A stretch of DNA of 64,000 bases from a bacterium (GCA_027487075.1 JAIYEG010000002.1:79202-143201); one strand, 5' to 3'; counted from the stretch's first letter, positions 1-9,781 are shown. A program made the numbers and translations. The notes: generated by a model not told the origin, from the letters alone.

Positions 1-952
1 TAGTTGCTGTCCACGATCCTCCATAACGCCCCACACGACCCGTTCCATTGGCGTACGCGGTATTTGTTCCTATGGTGTAGTTTGCACTCGCGCTTGTTGC
101 GCCGTTTTGGATGATAAGCCAATACGTAGTACCAGGAATAAGCGAAATGCTTGTAGGAAATACTACCTCGATCCAACCATAACTCGTAGTGACGAGGCTT
201 GCATTCAGTGTTGCTGAGGTGATTGCTGTATTGTTAGGAGATCCTGCGTTGTTAGCGGCGATAATCACTGTGGCATTTGCAGGTGCTCCTGTTTTTCTCA
301 TATAGAACTGCACTTTGTTGATAGGTGCATCAGAAGTGACCCGAAAGCTTTGAGCAAAATCTTGGGTTGCTGCGGCATTGCGGAAGGTTGTTGATGTGGG
401 AGGGGGGAGCGGAGTTTCATTTGTCTGGTCTGCTGTAAGAGCGGCGCTGTCTGCTGCAACGGCTGATCCAGTGATAGTGGCACTAATTGCATTAATGCTG
501 CTATTCGAGTAAATGTTGCCATTGATTGTTGATCCTCCATTGATACTCATCCCATCAGTTCCTGCCTGAAGTCCGTAGTTGAAGTCGATACCAGAACCAG
601 TGCTGATCGCCATCTGCATTGATCGATCATATCCATCCTTTGTCCCAGTAATACTTATACTCCTATTATTTCCATTAGTAGTTGTGGTAATTGTTGAGGT
701 GCCGGAGGTAAGTGCGAGGGTAACTGAGGAAGGAAGCGTTCTTCCTGTTTTGATACGATAAAACGCCTCAGCCGATGCACTCTGTGTCGCGAGGTATGCT
801 TGTTTGGAGCTAAGAAGTCCTTTGGCAGTAGCACGATATGAAAAGAGTGGTGAAAGTGCACCAAAGAGGAGTGCAAGAATGATAGCAATAAAAATGAGCG
901 TATTGAGTAGTACCACATATCCTCCTTCGTGTGATTGCTTAAAGTCTTTCAT
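1..952 (-). CDS. PilX-like minor pilin / pilus-associated protein (runs off window start)
   Basis: Manual translation from ATG 952 gives MKDFKQSHEGGYVVLLNTLIFIAIILALLFG..., open to base 1; prepilin-like G/hydrophobic N-terminus and Thr/Ser/Gly-rich beta-like body; absent from the ORF track because it is truncated. Confidence 0.75.
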   Translation of the reverse strand, partial: MKDFKQSHEGGYVVLLNTLIFIAIILALLFGALSPLFSYRATAKGLLSSKQAYLATQSASAEAFYRIKTGRTLPSSVTLALTSGTSTITTTTNGNNRSISITGTKDGYDRSMQMAISTGSGIDFNYGLQAGTDGMSINGGSTINGNIYSNSSINAISATITGSAVAADSAALTADQTNETPLPPPTSTTFRNAAATQDFAQSFRVTSDAPINKVQFYMRKTGAPANATVIIAANNAGSPNNTAITSATLNASLVTTSYGWIEVVFPTSISLIPGTTYWLIIQNGATSASANYTIGTNTAYANGTGRVGRYGGSWTAT

Positions 953-957
953 AGATC

Positions 958-1485
958 TCATCGATAACTATTTTTAAGAATACCAAGCGAACTATAAGTG
1001 GTGGTAGTGGTGCCACTGCGTGTCTGATACTCAGCCTGAATTTCCGCTCGGACCGCAGATGAAAGTGCGGTGTTGAGCTGATTGAAGCGAAGGCGGGTAA
1101 TCCTGAGTGATGCGGGAGTGAGGAATTGTGTGGTGCCGGCATTGGTCTGGAGGGTGATACGATTGTTTGAAAGTGAATAGACCGATGTTTTTGTGATGCC
1201 GTTTGCATCAAGTCCGGTAATACTAAGTGTTCCTGTATCGACATTGAATGTGCTCTGACCAGCGTTTATGGTTTCTCCTCCACGGATGTCTGAGATGATG
1301 CGACTCAGGGCGAGCGTAGTTTGTGTATCTACACGTGGATATGCCACTACTTCTTGGTACCACGTATATGTATTTATGAGAGTGGTAACAATCACCCCAA
1401 GCAATAGTACGACTCCTCCAATATAAAAAAGTGTTTCGACGAGGGTAAAGCCTTTATGTGGGTGATTGTTAATTTGAGTAGACAT
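958..1485 (-). CDS. type IV minor pilin (PilW/GspJ-like)
   Basis: KGFTLVETLFY prepilin cleavage/methylation motif. Confidence 0.85.
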   Translation of the reverse strand: MSTQINNHPHKGFTLVETLFYIGGVVLLLGVIVTTLINTYTWYQEVVAYPRVDTQTTLALSRIISDIRGGETINAGQSTFNVDTGTLSITGLDANGITKTSVYSLSNNRITLQTNAGTTQFLTPASLRITRLRFNQLNTALSSAVRAEIQAEYQTRSGTTTTTYSSLGILKNSYR

Positions 1486-1966
1486 TGTGCAAAATTAGAT
1501 CACTTGAGGCGAGGGGGGTGTTGGTGGCACTGGTGGTGACGATTTGAATAGTGGCTCTTCGAGAATTTGTATCATTACTTCCACCTGAGGTTACGATATT
1601 CGAGCTCCCATCACGTGATACGGCGCTCATCATAAATTTAATGGCGTACTGATCTCGAAATGCTATTGGGGTGGTAGTGGTAGCATAATTAGAGCCATTC
1701 CACGTGAGGTAGTATGCTGTGCCGTTTATAAGGGGGGCTATGTTTGAGGTCCATGATCTATCCCGAATCAGCTGGAGTGCTTCGCCAGCTTCTTCGGTGA
1801 GGAGGGCGGTACGCACAGTGATGGCACTTGCCGCAGCGAGTTTGATGTATTGATTCCATGCTGCTGACGCTGCGGTGATAACCACCGTAATAATAGACGC
1901 AGCGATAAGTATTTCTACCAGTCCAAAGCCTTTATCGTGTTTTGAAAAGAGTGTGCTCATGGTCAT
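1469..1966 (-). CDS. type IV minor pilin (PilV-like)
   Basis: KGFGLVEILIA prepilin motif. Confidence 0.85.
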   Translation of the reverse strand: MTMSTLFSKHDKGFGLVEILIAASIITVVITAASAAWNQYIKLAAASAITVRTALLTEEAGEALQLIRDRSWTSNIAPLINGTAYYLTWNGSNYATTTTPIAFRDQYAIKFMMSAVSRDGSSNIVTSGGSNDTNSRRATIQIVTTSATNTPLASSDLILHNVYSN

Positions 1967-2409
1967 GATGAGGTAATGGCTCCTAAATCAGTGATGGTAA
2001 TTGTTTTTGAAAGACCAGATGAAGTGTCGATAAGAATGGCCGTACCTGTGGCACTCGGTGTACCGTAGATACGTGAGAAGAGCACTGAGGTGGTGCTTGA
2101 AGCGAGGTTGCCAGAGAGTCTAAACCCTTGAAGAGAAGTGATGACCGTTCTTGAATCAGCAGCATTGTACGAGGTGCCTGCAAAATATGCATAGCTTGAG
2201 GTAGAAAATCGCACACCAGCAGGGTCACCATCCTTTCCAGAAATCGCATCCGCCTTTGCTCGTTCGATGGTGGCGACAAGTCTGTCACTTGCTGTATTTA
2301 GACGAGAAGTATTTCGTGCGTGGTAGAAGCCAATACTACTAATACCGCCAATGACAAGCATGATAGCGATAACGACAAGTATTTCACCGAGTGTAAATGC
2401 GCGGTTCAC
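1963..2409 (-). CDS. type IV minor pilin (FimT/GspH-like)
   Basis: RAFTLGEILVV prepilin motif; GTG start 6 nt after a TACAAT hexamer. Confidence 0.8.
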   Translation of the reverse strand: MNRAFTLGEILVVIAIMLVIGGISSIGFYHARNTSRLNTASDRLVATIERAKADAISGKDGDPAGVRFSTSSYAYFAGTSYNAADSRTVITSLQGFRLSGNLASSTTSVLFSRIYGTPSATGTAILIDTSSGLSKTITITDLGAITSS

Positions 2410-2446
2410 AAAAATATTGTACCACTCATATCAAAAAGTGGCTGTA

Positions 2447-2475
2447 TTGACAAAACTTATTAAGTCTGCTAATTT
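2447..2475 (+). promoter_or_regulatory. sigma70-type promoter
   Basis: TTGACA-N17-TAATTT with TG extension. Confidence 0.55.
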
Positions 2476-2481
2476 GCATTT

Positions 2482-2821
2482 AGACCTCGTGCAATGGACT
2501 TACGCACTTGAGGCGTGATGTTACATGCTGTCTCCACTACGTTACTGCCCACAACGTACGAGCGTGTCCTAGACGCTCCAGCTCGCATCACTGCTCCTGG
2601 TGTAGGTCCCGCGACCCATGCCTGCACTAGGAGCCCACTTTCAAGAACGTGTGTACGTATTGTCACAGCCCGCTTTCGAGCGTCCGCTGAAGGCATCGAT
2701 CTGAGGTATGTTCGTGTGAATTCAAGGACGAGAGCTCAATCTCCTTGCTCGCGCCGCAACCCCAAAATATTCCGAACAGCTCATCGATCGGCGCGCCTCC
2801 CTGGTTAGGGAGGCGCTTTTT
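2482..2821 (+). other. independent ~340-nt transcript: structured RNA or dubious 97-aa ORF (2515-2808)
   Basis: Promoter upstream; 14-bp stem GCTCCTGGTGTAGG/CCTGCACTAGGAGC; terminator GCGCCTCCCT-GGTT-AGGGAGGCGC followed by a T run. Confidence 0.4.
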
Positions 2822-2842
2822 GTATTTTTGTGGTATTGTGTG

Positions 2843-3190
2843 GCTCTGCGCCAGACAATCGCTCTCGCTTGCGAGGGAGGAAAGTCCGAACACAGCCAGC
2901 TTCGGCTGGAGCACGTAGCGGGTAACGCCCGTCTTGTCATATTCAAAAAGGGGCAAAGAGGTGCGAGCAGTGACGCTTGAAGCGAAAGCAGAGAGCATCC
3001 ATAGCAATGTGGATGAATCCATGTGGTAACACACGGAGTGAAACGGCAAAATCCTTACGTCTGTGCAAGGCCGTGTCCCACGAAGTAATTCGTGGTGAAG
3101 TGCCGCTCGAGGGTGTCAGCGATGACACTCCCAGATAAATGATTGTCACCACAGCAATGTGGCACAGAATTCGGCTTATCGGCGCAGGAC
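2843..3190 (+). ncRNA. rnpB: RNase P RNA
   Basis: GAGGAAAGUCCGAA and ACAGAAUUCGGCUUAU P4 halves with compensatory pairing; P1 CUGCGCC/GGCGCAG; GAGUGAAACGGCAAA element. Confidence 0.95.
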
Positions 3191-3197
3191 ATACATG

Positions 3198-3227
3198 AAA
3201 AACACCGCTTAACCGCGGTGTTTTTCT
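3198..3227 (+). terminator. intrinsic terminator after rnpB
   Basis: AAAAACACCGC-TTAACC-GCGGTGTTTTT. Confidence 0.85.
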
Positions 3228-3232
3228 GTTGC

Positions 3233-3260
3233 TTGACAAAAATTTAATCCGTCGTATCCT
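3233..3260 (+). promoter_or_regulatory. sigma70-type promoter of the 3267-3716 RNA
   Basis: TTGACA-N16-TATCCT, followed by boxA-like CGCTCTTTAAGA at 3272-3283. Confidence 0.55.
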
Positions 3261-3266
3261 GAAAAC

Positions 3267-3716
3267 AAGTGCGCTCTTTAAGAACTAGGTTTGCTGGTAC
3301 ACTGAAGTGCGCATTAGATGCAAAAGGTGGTAATTGATTGGCCTCTGCACCTGCAAGTCATGATATCCCAAGGGTGAATTCGGAATTCACAGGCAGCTTC
3401 CTTCATCAGTCGGAAGCTGATTCCACTATCCGTCATCACTTTCTGGCGCTGGTCACAGCCAAAACGAAAGGATGAAATGCCGAGTTTAACGTCAGTTACG
3501 GCAGCTCAGGGGAAGACCTGAGTACTTTTCAAGAACATGCGGAGCGTCCCGCCTTCAGTGATCACCATCACTGGAGATTATTGTTGCAAAATGCACACCG
3601 CGACAACGCCGCCGGCAGCGCCACCAACAGGTGGGCACAGAAATACGGCGCACAACATGATCGCGCGCACTGACCATCAGCCGTCGTTCCCTCGGGAGCG
3701 GCGGCTGAATTTTTTT
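3267..3716 (+). ncRNA. unrecognised ~450-nt multi-hairpin RNA
   Basis: About 10 hairpins enclosed by AGTGCGC(3306)/GCGCACT(3665); strong terminator 3677-3716; no credible ORF. Confidence 0.65.
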
Positions 3717-3754
3717 ATATAACAACCATTTCATGCTATGATTTTTTAACTTAT

Positions 3755-6622
3755 ATGACACGTCAATACGACCCGAAAGACATTGAACCCAAGTGGCAAA
3801 AAGCGTGGGAAAAGCAGGGAATTTACGCCACCAAGGAAACCGCGGACAAGCCGAAATACTATGTACTCGACATGTTTCCGTATCCGTCTGGCGAAGGGCT
3901 TCATGTGGGGCATCCCAAGGGCTACATTGCCACCGATGTGATCTCGCGTATGAAGCGTATGCAAGGCTTCAATGTACTCCACCCGATGGGGTTTGATGCA
4001 TTCGGTCTTCCAGCCGAGCAATATGCAATCAAGATGAAGACAAACCCTGCGGTAGCAGTGGAGAAAAACGTCGCACGCTACAAGAAGCAGCTTGAAATTC
4101 TTGGTTTTGATTACGATTGGTCACGTGAAGTGAATACCACCGATCCTAAATACTATAAATGGACGCAATGGATCTTTTTAAAATTGCTTGAAAAAGGTTT
4201 AGCAGAAGAACGCTATGAACCGATCAACTGGTGTCCTGTTGATAAGACCGGGCTTGCGAATGAAGATATTGAAGATGGAAAGTGTGAGCGCTGTGGTGCA
4301 GTGGTTGAAAAGCGCCTCATGAAGCAGTGGGTGCTTAAGATTACGCAGTATGCCGATCGCCTGCTCAGTGACCTCGATGCGAAAAAAGAAGACGGCACAC
4401 CACTTCTCGATTGGCCAGAGTCAATCAAGGAAAGCCAGCGAAACTGGATTGGAAGAAGTGAGGGGGCTGAGATTGATTTTAAGTTGATCGAAGCGGGATC
4501 TAAAAATGAAATCGCATGTGCGACGGTGTTCACAACACGAGCAGACACGCTTTTTGGTGTGACGTATGTGGTACTTGCTCCTGAACACTCTCTTGTTGCT
4601 GAACTTCTTGAAAAATCTTCGAATAAAAAAGAGATTGAGGCTTACATTAGTATGACAAAGGCTAAGACTGAAATTGATCGTACTGATACAACAAAAGAAA
4701 AGACTGGAGTAGAGCTTAAGGGTGTTCGAGCTATCAACCCAGCAAATAATGAAGAAGTTCCGGTGTGGATTGCTGATTACGTACTTGCAGATTATGGAAC
4801 AGGAGCAGTAATGGCGGTACCAGCGCACGATGAGCGTGATTTTGTATTTGCAAAGAAGTTTGCATTACCTATTAAGCATGTAGTGGCTCCATATCATATA
4901 CAAGGGGGTAAACATGTGCCACGTGAAGGCATTGAAACTCTTACACGCAGAACTGTCACAGTTATTCTTGAAAACAAGAAAAATGAAGTACTTATTATTG
5001 CTGAACCGGATACCACAACTCTTCTTGGTGGAGGAATCGAAGAAGGGGAGATGCCTACAGAAACTGCACTGCGCGAAATCAAAGAAGAAACAGGATATGC
5101 TGATGTTGAGGTAAAAGAAACCATTCTTGATAACTTCTTTGCAAAAGGATACCGATATACAAAAGGTAAAAATACTTTCACAAATGACTATATCATTCAT
5201 GCTGTATTAAAAAGTGATACACAAGAGAAAAGCGAGATTGATGAAGGTCGTCACCACATAAAATGGGTACCGAAAGAAAATGTACTTAATGAAATACCTC
5301 ACACACATAGTCACTATGAAATCTTCAAGTTATTTTTAAAACCTCATCATACCGGTGATGGATTACTTGTTAATTCATGTTCATTTGATGGAAAAAATTC
5401 ATCAGACGAAGTAAGAAAGGAAATTACCAAACACGTCGGGGGCCGATGGGTGACCAAGTACAAACTCCGCGACTGGGTGTTCTCACGTCAGCGTTATTGG
5501 GGTGAGCCAATTCCTGTGGTGCATGATGAAAATGGTTTGGTGATTCCCCTCAAAGAAGAGGATCTTCCGCTTGAACTTCCAATGGTAGAGCACTATGAGC
5601 CGACTGATACGGGAGAATCTCCGCTCGCTAACATTCCTGAATGGGCAGAGTTTGAAGTCGATGGCTACAAATTTAAACGAGAGACTAATACCATGCCGCA
5701 ATGGGCGGGTTCTTCGTGGTATTACCTCCGCTATATGGATCCGCATAATGACACGACGCTCGTCGACTCTGAAAAAGAAAAATACTGGAACTCAGTAGAC
5801 CTTTATGTGGGCGGTGCAGAGCATGCAACGCGCCACCTTATCTACGCACGCTTCTGGCACAAGTTCTTGTATGACATCGGTGTGGTATCAACCCTCGAAC
5901 CATTCACCAAACTTGCAAACCAAGGGCTTATCACTGCATCAGATGGTCGCAAAATGTCGAAGCGCTGGGGTAATGTGGTGAATCCTGATGAGATGGTAGA
6001 CACCTTCGGCGCTGATTCGATGCGCCTCTACGAGATGTTCATGGGTCCATTTGACCAAGCTATCGCGTGGAATACGAATGGGGTAGTGGGAACACGTCGC
6101 TTCATCGAAAAAGTATGGAAGCTCTCATCAAAAGTGACTCACGATGCACCGTCACATCCCGCGCTGCATCGCACCATCAAAAAAGTTTCTGAGGATATTG
6201 CCGGCATGAAGTTCAACACCGCGATTTCGTCTATGATGATCTTCGTGAATGATCTTGAGAAGGCTGCCTCGGTCTCATGTGCCGATATGGAAGCATTGCT
6301 CAAACTTCTCGCGCCATTTGCTCCTCATGTTGCGGAAGAGCTCTGGGAAGTGCTTGGCAATGAAGGAAGTATTCACCTTTCATCGTGGCCGACCTTCGAT
6401 ACTTCGAAGCTCGAGGAAGATGAGGTCACTATCGCTGTGCAAATCAACGGAAAGACACGCGAAACCATGCGTGTTGCCCGCAATCTTGACGAACAGGTGG
6501 TTGTAGACATGGCAAAGGGAAGTGAGGGGCTCAAAAAATGGATCAAAGAAGGTCAGATCAAGCGGGTGATCTGGGTCAAAAACCGCCTCCTCAACCTCAT
6601 AATTGACTTATCAGCAGAATAA
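3755..6622 (+). CDS. leuS: leucine--tRNA ligase with inserted Nudix domain
   Basis: MFPYPSGEGLHVGH (HIGH), GTGAVMAVPAHDERD editing motif, KMSK; Nudix box GGIEEGEMPTETALREIKEETG. Confidence 0.97.
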   Translation: MTRQYDPKDIEPKWQKAWEKQGIYATKETADKPKYYVLDMFPYPSGEGLHVGHPKGYIATDVISRMKRMQGFNVLHPMGFDAFGLPAEQYAIKMKTNPAVAVEKNVARYKKQLEILGFDYDWSREVNTTDPKYYKWTQWIFLKLLEKGLAEERYEPINWCPVDKTGLANEDIEDGKCERCGAVVEKRLMKQWVLKITQYADRLLSDLDAKKEDGTPLLDWPESIKESQRNWIGRSEGAEIDFKLIEAGSKNEIACATVFTTRADTLFGVTYVVLAPEHSLVAELLEKSSNKKEIEAYISMTKAKTEIDRTDTTKEKTGVELKGVRAINPANNEEVPVWIADYVLADYGTGAVMAVPAHDERDFVFAKKFALPIKHVVAPYHIQGGKHVPREGIETLTRRTVTVILENKKNEVLIIAEPDTTTLLGGGIEEGEMPTETALREIKEETGYADVEVKETILDNFFAKGYRYTKGKNTFTNDYIIHAVLKSDTQEKSEIDEGRHHIKWVPKENVLNEIPHTHSHYEIFKLFLKPHHTGDGLLVNSCSFDGKNSSDEVRKEITKHVGGRWVTKYKLRDWVFSRQRYWGEPIPVVHDENGLVIPLKEEDLPLELPMVEHYEPTDTGESPLANIPEWAEFEVDGYKFKRETNTMPQWAGSSWYYLRYMDPHNDTTLVDSEKEKYWNSVDLYVGGAEHATRHLIYARFWHKFLYDIGVVSTLEPFTKLANQGLITASDGRKMSKRWGNVVNPDEMVDTFGADSMRLYEMFMGPFDQAIAWNTNGVVGTRRFIEKVWKLSSKVTHDAPSHPALHRTIKKVSEDIAGMKFNTAISSMMIFVNDLEKAASVSCADMEALLKLLAPFAPHVAEELWEVLGNEGSIHLSSWPTFDTSKLEEDEVTIAVQINGKTRETMRVARNLDEQVVVDMAKGSEGLKKWIKEGQIKRVIWVKNRLLNLIIDLSAE

Positions 6623-6637
6623 TGATAAAAAAAAGTC

Positions 6638-7666
6638 ATGGCACTCATTACTTTTAAACCAAAGCAGGTCAGCAAGCGTCTTATTGGATCGCTCCAGTCA
6701 CGTGCCAAGGAAGTTATCATCAATCGGTATGGTCTTGGCGCAGACAGCAAGCGTATGACTCTCGAGGCTATCGGAGACATGTATCACATCACTCGTGAAC
6801 GTGTGCGTCAGATCGAAAATGCCGCCCTTTCTAATATTCGAAAGTCAGAAGAGTTTAAAAAAGAAAAAGAAGTATTTGCTGAACTTGAAGCAGTCCTCAA
6901 GAAGGCCGGAGGCATTGTTGCTGAAGAAGATTTTCTTAATCACCTCACCAAAGACAAGAGTACTCAGAATCACCTCAACTTTTTGCTTGTAATCGGCGAC
7001 TCTTTCCGCAAGGAACGTGAAGACGATGAATTCAAGCACCGATGGTATGTCGATCCTGAACTTTCAAAGAAGGTTCATGAGTCGCTCCGCAAGCTCTACA
7101 GCAGCCTTTCAGATGACACGCTCGTATCTGAATCAGAACTCATCACGCAATTCCTTGAATATCTTAAGGATGTTTCAGATGAATACCGCCAAGAAGAAGT
7201 GATCAAGCGATGGCTCTCAATCTCAAAGAACATTTCGAAGAATCCGCTCGGTGAATGGGGTCTTGCGTCATCATCAAACGTACGTGCAAAAGGTATTCGT
7301 GACTATGCATTCCTCGCAATGCGAAAACATGGTTCTCCTATTCACTTCCGTGATATTGCAAAACTCATTAGCGAACTTTTCAACAAGAAGGCTCACCCAG
7401 CAACCACTCACAACGAGCTCATCAAAGATAATCGTTTTGTGCTTGTAGGACGCGGTCTCTACGCACTTTCTGAATGGGGATATCTCTCAGGTGTGGTAAA
7501 AGATGTGATCAAGAAAATCCTCGAAAAGAATGGTCCTCTTACTCGTGAACAAATCATCGATAAAGTGATGAAAGAGCGCTACGTAAAAGAAAACACTATT
7601 CTCGTCAATCTCCAGAATCCGAAATTCTTCAAGAAATCGAAGGACGGAAAATACTCTGCTGTATAA
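6638..7666 (+). CDS. sigma70 region-4 HTH plus HARE-HTH/winged-helix protein
   Basis: RYGL...TLEAIGDMYHITRERVRQIE at the N-terminus; HNELIKDNRFVLVGRGLYAL at the C-terminus; no sigma region 2. Confidence 0.8.
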   Translation: MALITFKPKQVSKRLIGSLQSRAKEVIINRYGLGADSKRMTLEAIGDMYHITRERVRQIENAALSNIRKSEEFKKEKEVFAELEAVLKKAGGIVAEEDFLNHLTKDKSTQNHLNFLLVIGDSFRKEREDDEFKHRWYVDPELSKKVHESLRKLYSSLSDDTLVSESELITQFLEYLKDVSDEYRQEEVIKRWLSISKNISKNPLGEWGLASSSNVRAKGIRDYAFLAMRKHGSPIHFRDIAKLISELFNKKAHPATTHNELIKDNRFVLVGRGLYALSEWGYLSGVVKDVIKKILEKNGPLTREQIIDKVMKERYVKENTILVNLQNPKFFKKSKDGKYSAV

Positions 7667-7695
7667 CTCTGTAAAGTTTGTGATATAATCTTCGC

Positions 7696-8907
7696 ATGAC
7701 CGAAACGTTAGGTGAAGTATTCGGAGACCTTCTCGTTCAAACGCTCTATGCGTTGTACGTGCTTCTCATTGTGTTTGTACCGATCATCCTCGGCTACATC
7801 TTTTTTAATGTGTGGGTGAAGTATGCACGGGCAAAATTCATATCTGAGCAGTCACACATTCTTCTTGAGTTCAAGCTTCCCAAAGAAATCACTAAATCTC
7901 CCGTTGCAATGGAGATTTTTATCAATGCACTGAGCCAAACTGGGGGCGAAGGAAATTGGTTTGATAGATATGTAAAGGGTGGTATGCGACCGTGGTTCTC
8001 ACTCGAACTCATCTCTCTTGAAGGACAGGTGAAGTTTTTGGTGTGGACACGTAAAGGCTTCAAGAAAAATATTGAGACCCAGCTTTACAGTCAGTATCCC
8101 GATGTTGAGGTGACCGAAGTTCCTGACTATACCGAAAGTATTTCATATGATCCATCAACAAATGAGGTGTGGGGCTGTCAGTTTGTTAAAACAAAAGAAA
8201 GTTTTTATCCAATCAAGACCTACGTTGACTACGGACTCGACAAGGATCCGAAAGAAGAGGTGAAGATAGACCCTATTACTCCCGTGATTGAGCTTCTGGG
8301 CTCACTAGGAACTGGCGAGCAGATGTGGATCCAGATCCTCATTCGTGCACACAAGGATGAATTCGCAAAGCCGGGAACATGGTTTGAAAAAACCGACTGG
8401 AAATATTTTGCGAAGGAGGAAGTAAAGAAAAAATTGAAGCGAGACAAGGGAGAGGGAGAGTCACAGGATCGTCTCACTAAAGGAGAGCAGAAGGCGGTAG
8501 AGGCGATCGAGAAGAGTATTGCAAAGATTCCATTCGATTGTGGTATTCGAGCAGTCTATATTGCTGATAAAGATACATTCAATAAGGCAAATGTCGGAGG
8601 ACTTACCGGATCATTCAAGCAATTTAGTGCACCAGATCTTAATGGCTTCAAGCCAGACAAGACCACATCGTTTGATTTCCCATGGCAAGATATTTTTGGC
8701 ACTAAACTCAAAGAAAAGAAGGAGAAAATCGTAAAATCATACAAAGCACGTGCATTCTTCAAGCCTTTATATCAAGGAAAACATTTCATTATGAATGCCG
8801 AAGAGTTGGTGACAATTTATCATTTCCCAGGACGAGTGTCTCGCACACCGACCTTTACTCGTATTGGATCACGCAAGGGCGATGCTCCATCAAATCTTCC
8901 TATCTAG
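7696..8907 (+). CDS. conserved membrane-anchored hypothetical protein, similar to the N-terminal region of CPR VirD4/TraG-like proteins
   Basis: N-terminal TM helix; FSLELIS, SQYPDVEV and EELVTIYHFP motifs. Confidence 0.6.
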   Translation: MTETLGEVFGDLLVQTLYALYVLLIVFVPIILGYIFFNVWVKYARAKFISEQSHILLEFKLPKEITKSPVAMEIFINALSQTGGEGNWFDRYVKGGMRPWFSLELISLEGQVKFLVWTRKGFKKNIETQLYSQYPDVEVTEVPDYTESISYDPSTNEVWGCQFVKTKESFYPIKTYVDYGLDKDPKEEVKIDPITPVIELLGSLGTGEQMWIQILIRAHKDEFAKPGTWFEKTDWKYFAKEEVKKKLKRDKGEGESQDRLTKGEQKAVEAIEKSIAKIPFDCGIRAVYIADKDTFNKANVGGLTGSFKQFSAPDLNGFKPDKTTSFDFPWQDIFGTKLKEKKEKIVKSYKARAFFKPLYQGKHFIMNAEELVTIYHFPGRVSRTPTFTRIGSRKGDAPSNLPI

Positions 8908-8908
8908 T

Positions 8909-9781
8909 ATGTTACGACGTATCTTTCTTTCAACCGTATGTGCAGTGATGATCGTGGGTGGTGCTTTTACCGTGCGCATGTTGTATCCCGCTGACTTCAC
9001 CGAAAAGCATGTATTCTTAGCACCTGGCACGTTCCCACGCGACATTTCAAACGCGCTTCAAGACTCCGGTGTCGTGCGTTCTGGCTTTATACTCCATGTC
9101 ATTTTGTACGTCACTCGTACTGGTGACAACTTGGTACCAGGAGATTATTTGTTTGAAAAACCTCAAAATGTTTTTACCATAGCACGTCGTATTACTTCTG
9201 GAACATTTGGTGTGGAACAACGAAAGCTGGTGGTACCGGAAGGATCAACAAATCAACAAATTGCAGATATTGCTGCGGAAGCTTTTCCTGATTTTGATAA
9301 AACATTATTTATGAAGCAAGCGTCAGGTAAGCAAGGATATCTTTTTCCTGACACATACTTCCTTCTTTCAACATCAACAGAAGAAGTAATTGAAAAAATG
9401 ACTGATCGTTTTAATTTTCAAGTACGCATGCTCCAAGCTGAAGCACTCAATGAAGGTAGAAATTGGAACGATGTAGTAATACTCGCATCCATCTTGGAAG
9501 AGGAGGCAGATACCCTCGAAGATTTTAAATTAGTTTCTGGTATCTTACAAAAGCGACAAAGCATCGGCATGCCACTTCAAGTTGATGTTGCGAGAGAGAC
9601 ATACGAGCGTCTTGGTTTGCCTGACCAACCACTTTCAAACCCTGGTCTTGCCACCCTTGATGCGGTACTTCATCCTACGCCCAGCAACTTTCTTTATTAC
9701 TTGACGGGTAAGGACGGTCTCATGCATTATGCGGTCACCTATGAAGAACACAAGCAGAACATCGATCGATACCTCCGCTAA
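8909..9781 (+). CDS. mltG: endolytic transglycosylase MltG
   Basis: TM anchor; GYLFPDTY, LASILEEE, MPLQVD, GLPDQPLSNPG. Confidence 0.88.
   Translation: MLRRIFLSTVCAVMIVGGAFTVRMLYPADFTEKHVFLAPGTFPRDISNALQDSGVVRSGFILHVILYVTRTGDNLVPGDYLFEKPQNVFTIARRITSGTFGVEQRKLVVPEGSTNQQIADIAAEAFPDFDKTLFMKQASGKQGYLFPDTYFLLSTSTEEVIEKMTDRFNFQVRMLQAEALNEGRNWNDVVILASILEEEADTLEDFKLVSGILQKRQSIGMPLQVDVARETYERLGLPDQPLSNPGLATLDAVLHPTPSNFLYYLTGKDGLMHYAVTYEEHKQNIDRYLR

Noticed and set aside
3367-3375. 23S rRNA-like CCCAAGGGT
   Set aside because: A 9-nt match only, with no flanking H91/H92 similarity.
3267-3716. T-box riboswitch for leuS
   Set aside because: There is no GGUGGNACCGCG T-box next to the terminator and no recognisable stem I; leuS has its own -10 downstream of the terminator.
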